This document shows, piece after piece, positions 7,807 to 17,136 of a stretch of 64,000 bases of DNA; positions within the stretch are counted from its first letter, which is position 1; every line of letters starts with the position of its first letter. Below the pieces are notes generated by a model, which did no database searches, was not told where the DNA came from, and saw nothing but the letters and a program-made list of their open reading frames with translations. Source of the DNA: Proteobacteria bacterium SG_bin7 (lineage in GTDB: Bacteria > Bdellovibrionota > Bdellovibrionia > Bdellovibrionales > SG-bin7); assembly GCA_002083485.1 (NCBI GenBank), contig LWDK01000045.1:240-64239 (forward strand). The letters are read 5' to 3'. The position numbers were made by a program, and so were the translations under genes.

Positions 7807-8087
7807 TTTTCACCCTTGAAAAATATTGGTTAATCTCTTCTTTCACGGCCTTTCGTGCCGAGACAATGCGAATAAATTTTTCATCTCGTTCAACAAAGAC
7901 GACGAGCAGAACTTGACTTTTTGCTGATAGCCCAACCAAAATCCAGCGATCCTCTTTGTCGGAGTTTCTATCATCAATAAACTCAATAGCATTGGGATCT
8001 GAAAAAGACTGTTGCGGCCTCAGCAAAGCTTACTCCATGCTTTTTTGAGTCCGACTGCACTATTCACAAAATCTCGTCCTTTTGAAA
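7802..8087 (-). pseudogene. BrnT (DUF497) toxin, frameshifted
   Basis: The 74-aa ORF carries DPNAIEF..DRWILVGLS..VLLVVFVERDEKFIRIVSARKAVKEE (BrnT core). The expected upstream segment KKHGVSFAEAATVFF lies in a different frame at about 8020-8060. Confidence 0.6.
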
Positions 8088-8088
8088 A

Positions 8089-9684
8089 TTAGTCGCCACC
8101 TAATGGAGGTCTTTCCCATGATTCAATTAATACGGATTTTTTGGAATCCTCAAGATATAACTTTAGTAGGCTATAGCCGCCATCAAGAGTATCAGAGTAA
8201 TCCACAAAACGACAAATGAAGCCAATAAATTTACCGTCAAGGGTAACCTCACGCACCGTAGCTCCTAAAAGTCCAGCGTAGGTTTCTCCATTACTGTCTT
8301 GAAATGAAAAAGAGTATCCGTCTCTATACCAAACCCGGTCTCTGAAGAGGCCGAGCAATACTTTTTCCCTTGCATATTCAACTTCAGACCAATCTCCAAT
8401 TTTAATCTGATTAATTCCTGGGAATTGATAATGAAATCCGATCTGCTTACGCCATTTTACTCTAGACCTTCCTAATTCAGATCTAACTAGGCTTTCAAGG
8501 CACTGTTTGGGCGACATATGTAGACCATAATTCTCGTGAGCCGCCCTATTTTCTTCACCATACATATCTGTGTGATGCACCACTCGATACGGTTTACCCA
8601 TATATTCGTGATGCTCCACCTCTTCATAGATGTATTTATTTCTGTTGGGATCGACTACAAAGGAAGAAATTTTTTGGTCTGCAACACAGCGAACACCAAA
8701 ATTGTCGGGATTGGCATTAGCAGACATAACAGATATCATTCCCGTTAAGCCATCATAGAAGTAGGTTCCAGAATCTTGTAATCCCGTATTTTGGCGCGAC
8801 GACGTCCAGATCCAATATTCGCCCTGTTCACCACGTGGTCGTACATATTTATCATGGGAATAATAAAATTGATCTAATATATACTGATAACCTAAAGCCC
8901 AACTACCTATAATATCAATTGAATTTATTTTATAGAATTGGTCAGCGATAAAACCTGGAGGTAGATTTCCTTTTTTGAAGTCTTCGACCTCAACAATCGC
9001 CCCCCCATGTTTTGCAGCGTCCATAGCAGCCATGCGCACCGTTGGTAACATTTGGTAGTTTTCGCATCCGGCTCTTTTATTAATTTTACCATTGGTATCT
9101 CTTAAAAAATCTCCTAAGTCTTGAGTCGCTTGTTCTACAGGTAAAAGTGATACTTGCCGTCTTTCAGTTTTGGAGGAAATTTGGTTAGAATAAAGATAAA
9201 CTGAGTGCGGTCCGCTCGGTGGCTCAATTCCAGCGAGTCCCGCAAATTCGTGGTGAACAAGCCAGTACTGATCGTCACTTGATTTTTTCAAAAATGCGTC
9301 GGTATTGCAGGTTATTTTGGGTCCCCTGTCAGTAAAATTAAATCTGCAGTCCTTATCATACCCATCAACCTTTACCTTTTCGTCAGTACAATTTATCGCT
9401 GTAAACGGCGTGATTGACCGATCTTTATTTACGGTTATAGCGAGAAACTTATTCATTCGATAAGCGTAACTGTCGGCATCGAGACCAATAAAGTAATTCA
9501 GTTTTTTGTGGTTACCGACAGAGATCCAATTTCTAATATTGTCTCGAATAACCTGAATTCTGTTTTCGCATTCTTGTCCGCCGCCGCCGCTGTTTGTGCC
9601 GGCGCGCTCTCCTCTTTCCTCTGCGGGAACCAGAAAAGGTGAGATTAAAATTAGCGATACCAATAGTGTTCTAAAAGTCTTCAT
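8089..9684 (-). CDS. Secreted protein of unknown function, with a Gly-rich GGGG motif after the signal peptide
   Basis: Signal peptide MKTFRTLLVSLILISPFLVPA, then EERGERAGTNSGGGGQEC. An AGGAG Shine-Dalgarno lies 5 nt before the ATG at 9684, so I prefer that over the track GTG at 9690. Confidence 0.7.
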   Translation of the reverse strand: MKTFRTLLVSLILISPFLVPAEERGERAGTNSGGGGQECENRIQVIRDNIRNWISVGNHKKLNYFIGLDADSYAYRMNKFLAITVNKDRSITPFTAINCTDEKVKVDGYDKDCRFNFTDRGPKITCNTDAFLKKSSDDQYWLVHHEFAGLAGIEPPSGPHSVYLYSNQISSKTERRQVSLLPVEQATQDLGDFLRDTNGKINKRAGCENYQMLPTVRMAAMDAAKHGGAIVEVEDFKKGNLPPGFIADQFYKINSIDIIGSWALGYQYILDQFYYSHDKYVRPRGEQGEYWIWTSSRQNTGLQDSGTYFYDGLTGMISVMSANANPDNFGVRCVADQKISSFVVDPNRNKYIYEEVEHHEYMGKPYRVVHHTDMYGEENRAAHENYGLHMSPKQCLESLVRSELGRSRVKWRKQIGFHYQFPGINQIKIGDWSEVEYAREKVLLGLFRDRVWYRDGYSFSFQDSNGETYAGLLGATVREVTLDGKFIGFICRFVDYSDTLDGGYSLLKLYLEDSKKSVLIESWERPPLGGD

Positions 9685-9755
9685 TTTCACTCCTAAGTTT
9701 TCATTGCGACATCCATGCCAAAATATGTTTCCACTTAAAAAAGCCGATTCTTGCG

Positions 9756-10064
9756 CTAAATCCGCGAACTCAAATCTAACCGTAGCTTGCGAACCTGCTC
9801 CTCGATTTTGCTCAATCTCTCAAGAGCATCGGCGAAGTCAGGCTGCTGTCCAACTATTAGCTCTGTGACGGAAATTGACAGCACCTGACAGAGTTGCTCG
9901 AAAGGCGGCAGCTTACGGCCACGTCCTTTCTCCCATCCTCGATAAGTGCTTTCCGCTTCTCCAATCGCATTAGCGACCGCTTTAGCGGTGAGTCCTTGGG
10001 CCTTTCTTAGCCGAGCTAGTCTTTGGTGAATCTGTTCCATTAGAACACTGTAAACGCATCGCAT
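9756..10064 (-). CDS. XRE-family HTH transcriptional regulator (alternative start at 10040, MEQIHQRL)
   Basis: HTH segment LTAKAVANAIGEAESTYRGWEKGR, followed by a C-terminal coiled segment. Confidence 0.75.
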   Translation of the reverse strand: MRCVYSVLMEQIHQRLARLRKAQGLTAKAVANAIGEAESTYRGWEKGRGRKLPPFEQLCQVLSISVTELIVGQQPDFADALERLSKIEEQVRKLRLDLSSRI

Positions 10065-10071
10065 AATTTTT

Positions 10072-10130
10072 TATACTTTATTTAACTAATAAAATTGATA
10101 ATATTTTTATTATTACTAAAATAAAGTATA
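10072..10130. promoter_or_regulatory. Divergent promoter region with a 12-bp perfect inverted repeat TATACTTTATTT (10072-10083) / AAATAAAGTATA (10119-10130)
   Basis: Read directly from the sequence. A possible promoter for 10150 is TTGATA (10095-10100), N16, TAAAAT (10117-10122). In AT-rich DNA a chance match is possible. Confidence 0.35.
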
Positions 10131-10149
10131 TAAATATTTGTAATTAATA

Positions 10150-10965
10150 ATGAAAAATGTATTTGATTTCAATATATATAAGGACTTTTTTAAGGATTTT
10201 GAACAATCTCGCAAAAGTTTTCAACGGGGTTTTCGCTCCAAATTGGCCAAGTTTATTGGCTGCCAAAGTGGGTACATTTCTCACGTTCTGAATGGCGATG
10301 CACACCTGAGTTTAGAGCAGGGATACAAAGCCGCAGAGTTCTTATCGCTAGATGAAAGAGAGAGAAAATATCTTCTCCTGATGATCGAAGCTGCGAGAGC
10401 AGGAACAAAAGAGTTACGCGAGCATTTCAAAGATGAGCTAACTTCTTTACGAGAAGAATATTTAAATATAAAAGAGCGAGTGGGAGACGCTAGAGCCCTA
10501 ACGGAAAGAGAACAATCGACTTATTATAGCAGTTGGCATTATCTCGCAATTCATGTGGTTTCAAGTCTTAAAGATTTTAACGACTCAAAATCCATTGCGT
10601 CGGCGTTGCAAATATCTGAAAGTGTCGTGAAACCAATTTTACTTTTTCTTTTGCAAACTGGAATTGTGAGGGAAGAAAAAGGTTTACTAAAACCAGGGCT
10701 GACAAATGTCCACCTCAATCGCGAGTCTCCGCTTATAAGGCAGCATCACACAAATTGGCGAGTTGCAGCGATTCAGGCGCTCTTGAATAATTCTAAAACT
10801 GACATTCATTATTCTACGGCTTCCACATTGTCAAAAGATGATGCTGAAAGGTTGCGAACAGAAATGGTAAACCTGATTCAAAAATATGTCGAAATTGTTA
10901 AACCATCCAAAGATGAAGTGATGTATGGATTCAATTTGGATTTTTATAATTTACTTCATAAGTAG
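10150..10965 (+). CDS. TIGR02147/DUF4423-family HTH protein
   Basis: N-terminal HTH (FRSKLAKFIGCQSGYISHVLNG), a central coiled region and C-terminal winged-helix-like SIASALQISESVVKPILLFLLQTGIV. Architecture as I recall it for the Fibrobacter/Bdellovibrio paralogous family. Confidence 0.8.
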   Translation: MKNVFDFNIYKDFFKDFEQSRKSFQRGFRSKLAKFIGCQSGYISHVLNGDAHLSLEQGYKAAEFLSLDERERKYLLLMIEAARAGTKELREHFKDELTSLREEYLNIKERVGDARALTEREQSTYYSSWHYLAIHVVSSLKDFNDSKSIASALQISESVVKPILLFLLQTGIVREEKGLLKPGLTNVHLNRESPLIRQHHTNWRVAAIQALLNNSKTDIHYSTASTLSKDDAERLRTEMVNLIQKYVEIVKPSKDEVMYGFNLDFYNLLHK

Positions 10966-11019
10966 CTACTCCCTGGCTTTAATACTTTTTAAAACCTGTT
11001 TTCACTGAGTAGTCGCGGT

Positions 11020-12642
11020 CTATTCGATTTCCTTCCAGATAATCTTTTCTGGTTGAGATCGAGAATTGTTAATGGTTTCTCCCCTTGTATCAACGACGTG
11101 AAAATTAATATTCATCCAGCGCGTCGCCATTTGGGCCGTGGGATAATTAGAAATGTTATTTAGAAACGAAGGAAGCTTAAGGCGTGTAAGAGGTACTTTA
11201 ACGGTTTGGACGGTAAAGCAATTCAAATCCTCACTCACCAAAAAAGGATCGGCGTTACGACACTCCTTTTTTTCTTCATCAAAAAATTGGAATTCAGCTG
11301 AAAAATAATCTTCGTTGGGTTGAACCGAAAATTTTTGAGAAAAATGACGTTCTGTATCTTTTAAAGACAAAGTCTTAAACAAATCTCCGAGAATGGTTTC
11401 ACGTTCACCATAACTAGCTAAAAACTCAGGGCTGTTTATTTTCACAAATGAAGCCAGCACGGCCGTAGCGACATCGGATCCGTGGGAAACACTAAAAGCG
11501 CAGTGACTACCCGTGGGTGTCTCGATGACAACAGCATTTTTTGTGGCCTCACGAAGGCGATAGGAGTTTTGCGATGATTTTACCACGGGATCGTCGGCAG
11601 CACCCCAAGCCAATATTGGAACTTGTGCCTCAGACGCCACACGCAGAAACGAATTGGTTTGCCAATATTCATTAGGGGTTTTTGGAAAACCAAAAATATT
11701 TGATCCGTTCCAATAATCAAGGGATGCAGCTGAAACTATTTCTTTGAGCCGTTCCGAAGACGGCTTTTTTCCGTCAGGAATAAGCCGATCAACAATTTTT
11801 ACCTTTCCCAACATTTCGACAAGCTGTAACCAAATTTTTTGTTGAATAAATCGCGCCTCTTTCTCGGGACGCAAAATATAATCAATCGAAGCCTCTAATT
11901 CAGTGACTGGGCAATGGGCCTGAACGCTACGAATAAATCTTTGGCCTTGCTGTGGTCCATAGACGGAAGAGAAAAAAGCTGCATGTCCCCCTAAGCTGGC
12001 TCCATGAACATGAATACTCGAAACTTGCTGTGAGAAATTTTCACTTACCCATTTTGCGACATCGACTAAGTACTGTCCTTCTTGAAGTCCCCCGACAAAC
12101 AATCGGCCATTGCTGAGTCCAAACTCTGCCGTTGTCGAACTCCCGACTAAAAGAACATGAAAAGGGCTTTCATCAAAAAGATGCATAAGAGGATCACGGA
12201 CGGAACTCGAGTTTAATGTATTACATGTAAGTCCACATTGAGAAATGACTAGAGGTCTGGGTTTATTTCCAGGCTTAAGAGCCAAAACTGCATGGAGTTT
12301 AGCTCCGTCTTTCATGCTTAATGTTACCGGCTTAATATAAGGAACCTCGAAATACTCATATTCGGCATTGGCAAGCTCCATGATCGCCGGAATTCCCGTC
12401 GAACCCATGAAAGTATGATATTCTTCGCACTCCTTAAAATAAGAATTCAGCTTTTCATTTCTCTGGGCAGGATTTTGAAAATTAAAAATAATTTTCTCAA
12501 CTCTTTGCGCTGAACATTTTTCAGGAAGTTCACGCGGACGCCTGCCATCCGGGATCCACTGATAATTTACTTTGGCAGCAAAAACTGTTTGGCTTAACGC
12601 CACGAGTGTAGTTACCAAGAAAGAGGTGAAATTGAAAATCAA
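11020..12642 (-). CDS. Secreted alpha/beta-hydrolase (lipase/esterase-like)
   Basis: Signal peptide, then nucleophile elbow HVHGASLGGHAA (GXSXG). Downstream acid and His candidates are AWGAADDPVV and TGSHCAF. Confidence 0.7.
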   Translation of the reverse strand: MIFNFTSFLVTTLVALSQTVFAAKVNYQWIPDGRRPRELPEKCSAQRVEKIIFNFQNPAQRNEKLNSYFKECEEYHTFMGSTGIPAIMELANAEYEYFEVPYIKPVTLSMKDGAKLHAVLALKPGNKPRPLVISQCGLTCNTLNSSSVRDPLMHLFDESPFHVLLVGSSTTAEFGLSNGRLFVGGLQEGQYLVDVAKWVSENFSQQVSSIHVHGASLGGHAAFFSSVYGPQQGQRFIRSVQAHCPVTELEASIDYILRPEKEARFIQQKIWLQLVEMLGKVKIVDRLIPDGKKPSSERLKEIVSAASLDYWNGSNIFGFPKTPNEYWQTNSFLRVASEAQVPILAWGAADDPVVKSSQNSYRLREATKNAVVIETPTGSHCAFSVSHGSDVATAVLASFVKINSPEFLASYGERETILGDLFKTLSLKDTERHFSQKFSVQPNEDYFSAEFQFFDEEKKECRNADPFLVSEDLNCFTVQTVKVPLTRLKLPSFLNNISNYPTAQMATRWMNINFHVVDTRGETINNSRSQPEKIIWKEIE

Positions 12643-12689
12643 GATTGCCCCGCCTAAGCTACTACAATAATTCTACTTTACGCTGTAAC

Positions 12690-15335
12690 TCAGTCAATAA
12701 GAATAGTGTCGCTTTTGGGGTTAACACCAATGTGCGAATCTTGCGGCCTAAGGCCAGCCAGGCCAACTCCTACCTTCTTAGCGATCTCTAGGGACTCCAA
12801 AATCTGCAATTTGCTAAGCTTACCCAAAGAGAAAGGTCTCATTATTCCAGCTAAACCTAAGGACACGGTTTCGGCGATACAGGAAAACGTACCAATGTCT
12901 GTATAAGGAATCCATGGATGTTGAATTTTTTGGTCATTGGGCAACCTTGCCAAGCCACCCTGAAAACAAGCGACGTCAGATCGCAACCAAACCTCACGAT
13001 GAATATTTGAGGGAACAGAAACATCCAGTACAATTGCATTCGATTTTATATGGGAACTACGAATAAATTCTTGCGTCGAGTTTGTGCCCACCACCACAAC
13101 ATCGCAATCCCTCAAGTCTTCAACATGATGAGAGAGCTTCAAGTTTTCAGGAAGAATTTTTGAACTCACTAATAGGTCCTCAACGGCTTTTTGAAATTTT
13201 GGACTCTTTTCAATTGGCTCCCGGTGAATCAGCGTCATAGACTTCACGCTGTCTGCAAGCAACTGAGATATAACGTGACAGATGTTGCCGCTAAAACCAA
13301 CAACTCCAAGACGAGCGTTTGCAAGATTAAATTTTCGCTCCTCCGCTAAAGATAAAATTCCTTGTACGGCCATTGCTGCCGTCAGACTATTTCCGGTTGT
13401 CAGGTATGTTCCGCAAGGATCGAGTAAAAGGCCATTATCGGAAACAATACTTGTAAACTGACCAAGCCCCAAATTTGTAACACCGTCAGCGGCCGCCATT
13501 TTTACAGCGTCTTGAGTTTTTTGAAAAGCCTGGAGGGATTGGCCCCTCACATTTTTTTCAAAAAAAGCTGTGGACAAAAAAAGGCCATAGATATTTAAAA
13601 AAATCTCCTCGCCATTTCGCCCAGTTATTTTTTGGCGATGAAACTTAAAAGGTATGGCTTGGTTAGCATAGTCTGCTAAAAATTTGTCAATTTTTTCAAG
13701 AGCTACAGGCTTTAAAGAAGTACACATATCACGCGCATGTCTGGCATGTAAAACATGAGTGAGAAAGCCAACCTCCCGAACACCCTCTTCGCGTTTTGGC
13801 AATGGTTCTTTAGCCGGAGCTACAACTTCAAGTTGCAACTGAGAAAACTCCTGCTTCCAGAGATGTGAAGTCAATTTCAAAACTTTTCTTTCGTATAAAA
13901 TCTGACACAACCTTTCAAGTCCCAAGACTAGAGAAGCTTTAGCCTCAGCAGAAATAAAAACCGACGGTTCAATACGGATAGTTTCTGGCGCGCTCAATGT
14001 AACACCGACGCGAACGCCACATTGGCGTAAAAGGTAACTCATGTAGAAATAAGTAGCGTGGCCATTTTCATAAAATCCATGCAAAAGATCCGGAAGTTTT
14101 GTTGATTCCTCAAAGCTAAATTCAATTCCGAGAAAAAAACCACGCCCTTTAAATTTTTTAATCACTTTGGGAAACTTGATATTTATGGTATCGATGCAAG
14201 ACTTTATGTCATGATAAAAATCAATGGCCCGCTTTTCGATATCGTCTTTATGTGTCTCTAGTATGTCGAGTGTTTTTAAGGCTAGAGCAGAGGAGAAATC
14301 GTCTTCCGCGAAGGTCGATGTGTGAATCCATCCAAAATGATCTTGATAGTGTTCCCGCGCGACCAATACGGCACCTATTTTTGCAAGTCCTCCACCTAAG
14401 CTTTTTCCCAAAAGAATATAATCGGGCCGAACTTGGGCACGCGTTACTGCCAAGAATGAACCCGTACGGTAAAGCCCTGATTGAATTTCATCACAGATAA
14501 GCGGTACACCCCGCGGTCGCAGGTACTTCTCAGCACCTTGCAAAAACTCCGACGCAAGTTCATTAATCCCACCCTCGCCCTGAATCGGCTCAAAAATAAA
14601 TCCAATGATTCGTGAAAACGAAGCAAGATTGCATTTACAGTCTAAATCACCAATCAAGTTCTCAAGCTTTTCTAAGGAATTTTCAGGGTTCAAAAAACTA
14701 ACGTCAAATAGCCCACCCGCTCGATACATCGATCGGTAGGCATCATTTGCAGTCGCCGCAACTGAGGCCGCGGTTTTACCATGAAAGCTTCCTTCAACCG
14801 CTAAAAGTAAGGGCTTGAGCGATTCGAGTTCCTTAATATAGTTTTCTAAAAGCGAATTTGGTTCACGAGCATTTTGAGCTTTGATCTTTAAAATAAAATC
14901 TGATTTTTTTTGATTCCACTCTAAGAGAGCATGCTTAATAGCCGCCTCAACCGCTTCTGTTCCTGAATTTGTAAGTGTCGTAATGAAGAGACGCGTATCC
15001 GCAGTATGTTTTTGGATCAAAAAATTTAAAGCTTCGGCAAGATCTGCTGATTTTGCGCGCGTCGAGGCCTGCGTGTGGATGGGCACTTTTTGCCCCAACA
15101 AGTCCGTTGCCAAACGCGTAAGCTCAGGATGGTTATGCCCTAAAATAGTAGAACCAAAACCACCCAAAAAATCATATACAACTTTAGTTTTTTCTTTTTC
15201 TATAAATTCAAGCTTATCGCTGCAGGCTTTGCTGTAAACCACATCTAATTTTAACAAGTTTAAGATTTTGCCTAATTCAGGACGAACAAATTTACTATAC
15301 TTCTCTTGAGGGCTCAAATCCGTGAGCGTTTTCAT
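12690..15335 (-). CDS. Fusion protein: class-III (omega-type) PLP aminotransferase plus an acyl-ACP-reductase (AAR)-like NAD(P) domain
   Basis: N-terminal half: LGHNHPEL, NSGTEAVEAAIK, EGSFHGKT, EPIQGEGGI, CDEIQSGLYRTG, LLGKSLGGG (PLP Lys). C-terminal half: GFLTHVL..ARHARD, GLGQFTSIV, TTGNSLTAAMA, VVGFSGNICHVISQ, FSCIAET. From memory, these are colinear with cyanobacterial acyl-ACP reductase. Confidence 0.8.
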   Translation of the reverse strand: MKTLTDLSPQEKYSKFVRPELGKILNLLKLDVVYSKACSDKLEFIEKEKTKVVYDFLGGFGSTILGHNHPELTRLATDLLGQKVPIHTQASTRAKSADLAEALNFLIQKHTADTRLFITTLTNSGTEAVEAAIKHALLEWNQKKSDFILKIKAQNAREPNSLLENYIKELESLKPLLLAVEGSFHGKTAASVAATANDAYRSMYRAGGLFDVSFLNPENSLEKLENLIGDLDCKCNLASFSRIIGFIFEPIQGEGGINELASEFLQGAEKYLRPRGVPLICDEIQSGLYRTGSFLAVTRAQVRPDYILLGKSLGGGLAKIGAVLVAREHYQDHFGWIHTSTFAEDDFSSALALKTLDILETHKDDIEKRAIDFYHDIKSCIDTINIKFPKVIKKFKGRGFFLGIEFSFEESTKLPDLLHGFYENGHATYFYMSYLLRQCGVRVGVTLSAPETIRIEPSVFISAEAKASLVLGLERLCQILYERKVLKLTSHLWKQEFSQLQLEVVAPAKEPLPKREEGVREVGFLTHVLHARHARDMCTSLKPVALEKIDKFLADYANQAIPFKFHRQKITGRNGEEIFLNIYGLFLSTAFFEKNVRGQSLQAFQKTQDAVKMAAADGVTNLGLGQFTSIVSDNGLLLDPCGTYLTTGNSLTAAMAVQGILSLAEERKFNLANARLGVVGFSGNICHVISQLLADSVKSMTLIHREPIEKSPKFQKAVEDLLVSSKILPENLKLSHHVEDLRDCDVVVVGTNSTQEFIRSSHIKSNAIVLDVSVPSNIHREVWLRSDVACFQGGLARLPNDQKIQHPWIPYTDIGTFSCIAETVSLGLAGIMRPFSLGKLSKLQILESLEIAKKVGVGLAGLRPQDSHIGVNPKSDTILID

Positions 15336-15409
15336 AATCTAAGGGTCCCACGAAGGTCTTTTCAGTTTCAATCACAAGCAAATCGTTTCCGCAACGCGTC
15401 TTTATTTTC

Positions 15410-16117
15410 GTGTTGGAGTCGGCGGAAAATTTCAAAATGCAGAAAAAAACTTTGTGGATCGATCTCGATGGAACTCTTTTAGGATCAAACTCTCTTTTGT
15501 TGCGCCTTGGTTACATTACTTTATTTTGCTGGCAAATGCTTAAAAGAGGAATTAACCCTTGGCAATCGTTGAAAACTCTAAAAACAATGCGAATGCATTT
15601 AGAAATGACCACTTCTCTCAAGGAAAGTAACCTTGAACGAGCCGCACAGATTTTTGCAAAGCTGACGGCAGTGCCACTAAGTGAAGCACGTATTTTTTTA
15701 ACAAAATCTTCACTTGAAAATTTTCGATTGTTACGGCGAGTCTTCCATCCTATTCCTGAAGCTCTTGATTTTTTGAATTGGGCCAACCAGAAATTTGATC
15801 TCGTGCTGGCCACTAACCCTGTTTGGCCACTAGAGGTTGTAAAGTTTCGTATGGCACTTGCGGGAATTGATCCCGACAAGTTTTTGTGCATTACACATGC
15901 TGAAAACATGCATGCGTGCAAGCCCAACGTTCTCTACTACCAGGAGTTACTAGAGCGTTTGAACTTATCGCCAAAAAATTGTCTTATGATTGGGAATGAT
16001 CGTCGCAAAGATTCGCCGGCAAGCTACGTAGGAGTTCCCGTTTTTTTACTTGGTCGCGAAAACAGTTTTGAGCGTCTTAAAGAAAGATTAATTCAAGGTG
16101 ACTTTTGGAATCCATAA
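15410..16117 (+). CDS. HAD-superfamily hydrolase (alternative start at 15437)
   Basis: Motif I LWIDLDGTLL, motif II LATNPV, motif IV MIGNDRRKD. Confidence 0.8.
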   Translation: MLESAENFKMQKKTLWIDLDGTLLGSNSLLLRLGYITLFCWQMLKRGINPWQSLKTLKTMRMHLEMTTSLKESNLERAAQIFAKLTAVPLSEARIFLTKSSLENFRLLRRVFHPIPEALDFLNWANQKFDLVLATNPVWPLEVVKFRMALAGIDPDKFLCITHAENMHACKPNVLYYQELLERLNLSPKNCLMIGNDRRKDSPASYVGVPVFLLGRENSFERLKERLIQGDFWNP

Positions 16118-17136
16118 AAGAATATCGTGATTTACTAATTTTAACTCGCAAATTACCACGCCACCAACAACAAATTAATAATTTATTTGAAGCCGACTGT
16201 GAAATTGTAAAAATAAATAGTAAGTACTATTTTACGGCAACGACGGACTCCATTGGCGAAGAGATTAGTATGGGTCTTTATACTGATCCCGAGACCTGGG
16301 GCTGGATGACAGTTATTTCTTCAGTTTCAGATTTAGCGGCATCTGGCAGCAGCTGCGTGGGACTACTTGTTTCTTCGCAATGGAAATTTAAAACCCCTAA
16401 ACAAGTACAACTTAAAACTTATAAAGGCATCAGAGAGGCTCTTAAGACTTCTAAGACTTGCATCCTTGGCGGCGACTCTGGGTTTGCGGGTGACTTCGTT
16501 TTAACCTCAACGGCTTTCGGAACTTCATCAGTCAAACCTCTAACTCGGGTTGGTGCAAGGCCTGGAGATTGGATAGGTATTATTGGCAAAAAGAAAACAG
16601 GCATCGGACCTGCTCTTGCCTTTTCTTACCTTTTTTCGCCGAGCGATAGATCGAAGTTAGAAAAAGAATTTCGCCCAAGCCCCTCCCTACAAAGAATGTC
16701 AACTCTCAGAAAATATTGTTCAGCTTCTATCGACACGAGCGACGGCATTGCTACAAGTCTAAATATTCTGGGGAGCTTAAACAAGGTAGGTTTCGATTTA
16801 GACTGGCGTGAAGATCTCATCCATCCTCTTGCTAAGAAGCTCTGTCGCAAACTTGGATTTCATGAGCTCATGTTATGGATGGGCGACCATGGTGATTTTC
16901 AAACTTTGGTTTCAATTCCCAATCGCCATCTCGCGAAAGCCAAAAAAACTGTAAGAGACCTAGTAATCATTGGACGCGTTACTGATGAAATCGGAAAAAC
17001 ACAGGTGCGTTTTGGAGAAACTCAGATTCGGTTACCTATTGAACTCGTGACTCGATGTCCACGAGACCTTGAATCTATTAAAAAACTTACTTTAAATGTT
17101 GCGGGTTACTTTGCAAATACCGGCTGTAAAAACTAG
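16105..17136 (+). CDS. AIR-synthase-related (PurM/ThiL-fold) ATP-utilizing protein
   Basis: DCEIVKI...TTDSIGEEI, WMTVISSVSDLAASG, GGDSG, RPGDWIGIIG, ASIDTSDGIATSL. Confidence 0.8.
   Translation: MESIKEYRDLLILTRKLPRHQQQINNLFEADCEIVKINSKYYFTATTDSIGEEISMGLYTDPETWGWMTVISSVSDLAASGSSCVGLLVSSQWKFKTPKQVQLKTYKGIREALKTSKTCILGGDSGFAGDFVLTSTAFGTSSVKPLTRVGARPGDWIGIIGKKKTGIGPALAFSYLFSPSDRSKLEKEFRPSPSLQRMSTLRKYCSASIDTSDGIATSLNILGSLNKVGFDLDWREDLIHPLAKKLCRKLGFHELMLWMGDHGDFQTLVSIPNRHLAKAKKTVRDLVIIGRVTDEIGKTQVRFGETQIRLPIELVTRCPRDLESIKKLTLNVAGYFANTGCKN

Noticed and set aside
8676-8720. NFGVRCV in the 533-aa secreted protein, reminiscent of the C-terminal GFRC motif of FGE/SUMF1-type domains
   Set aside because: It is a single short motif without the rest of the domain signature, so it is insufficient for a call.
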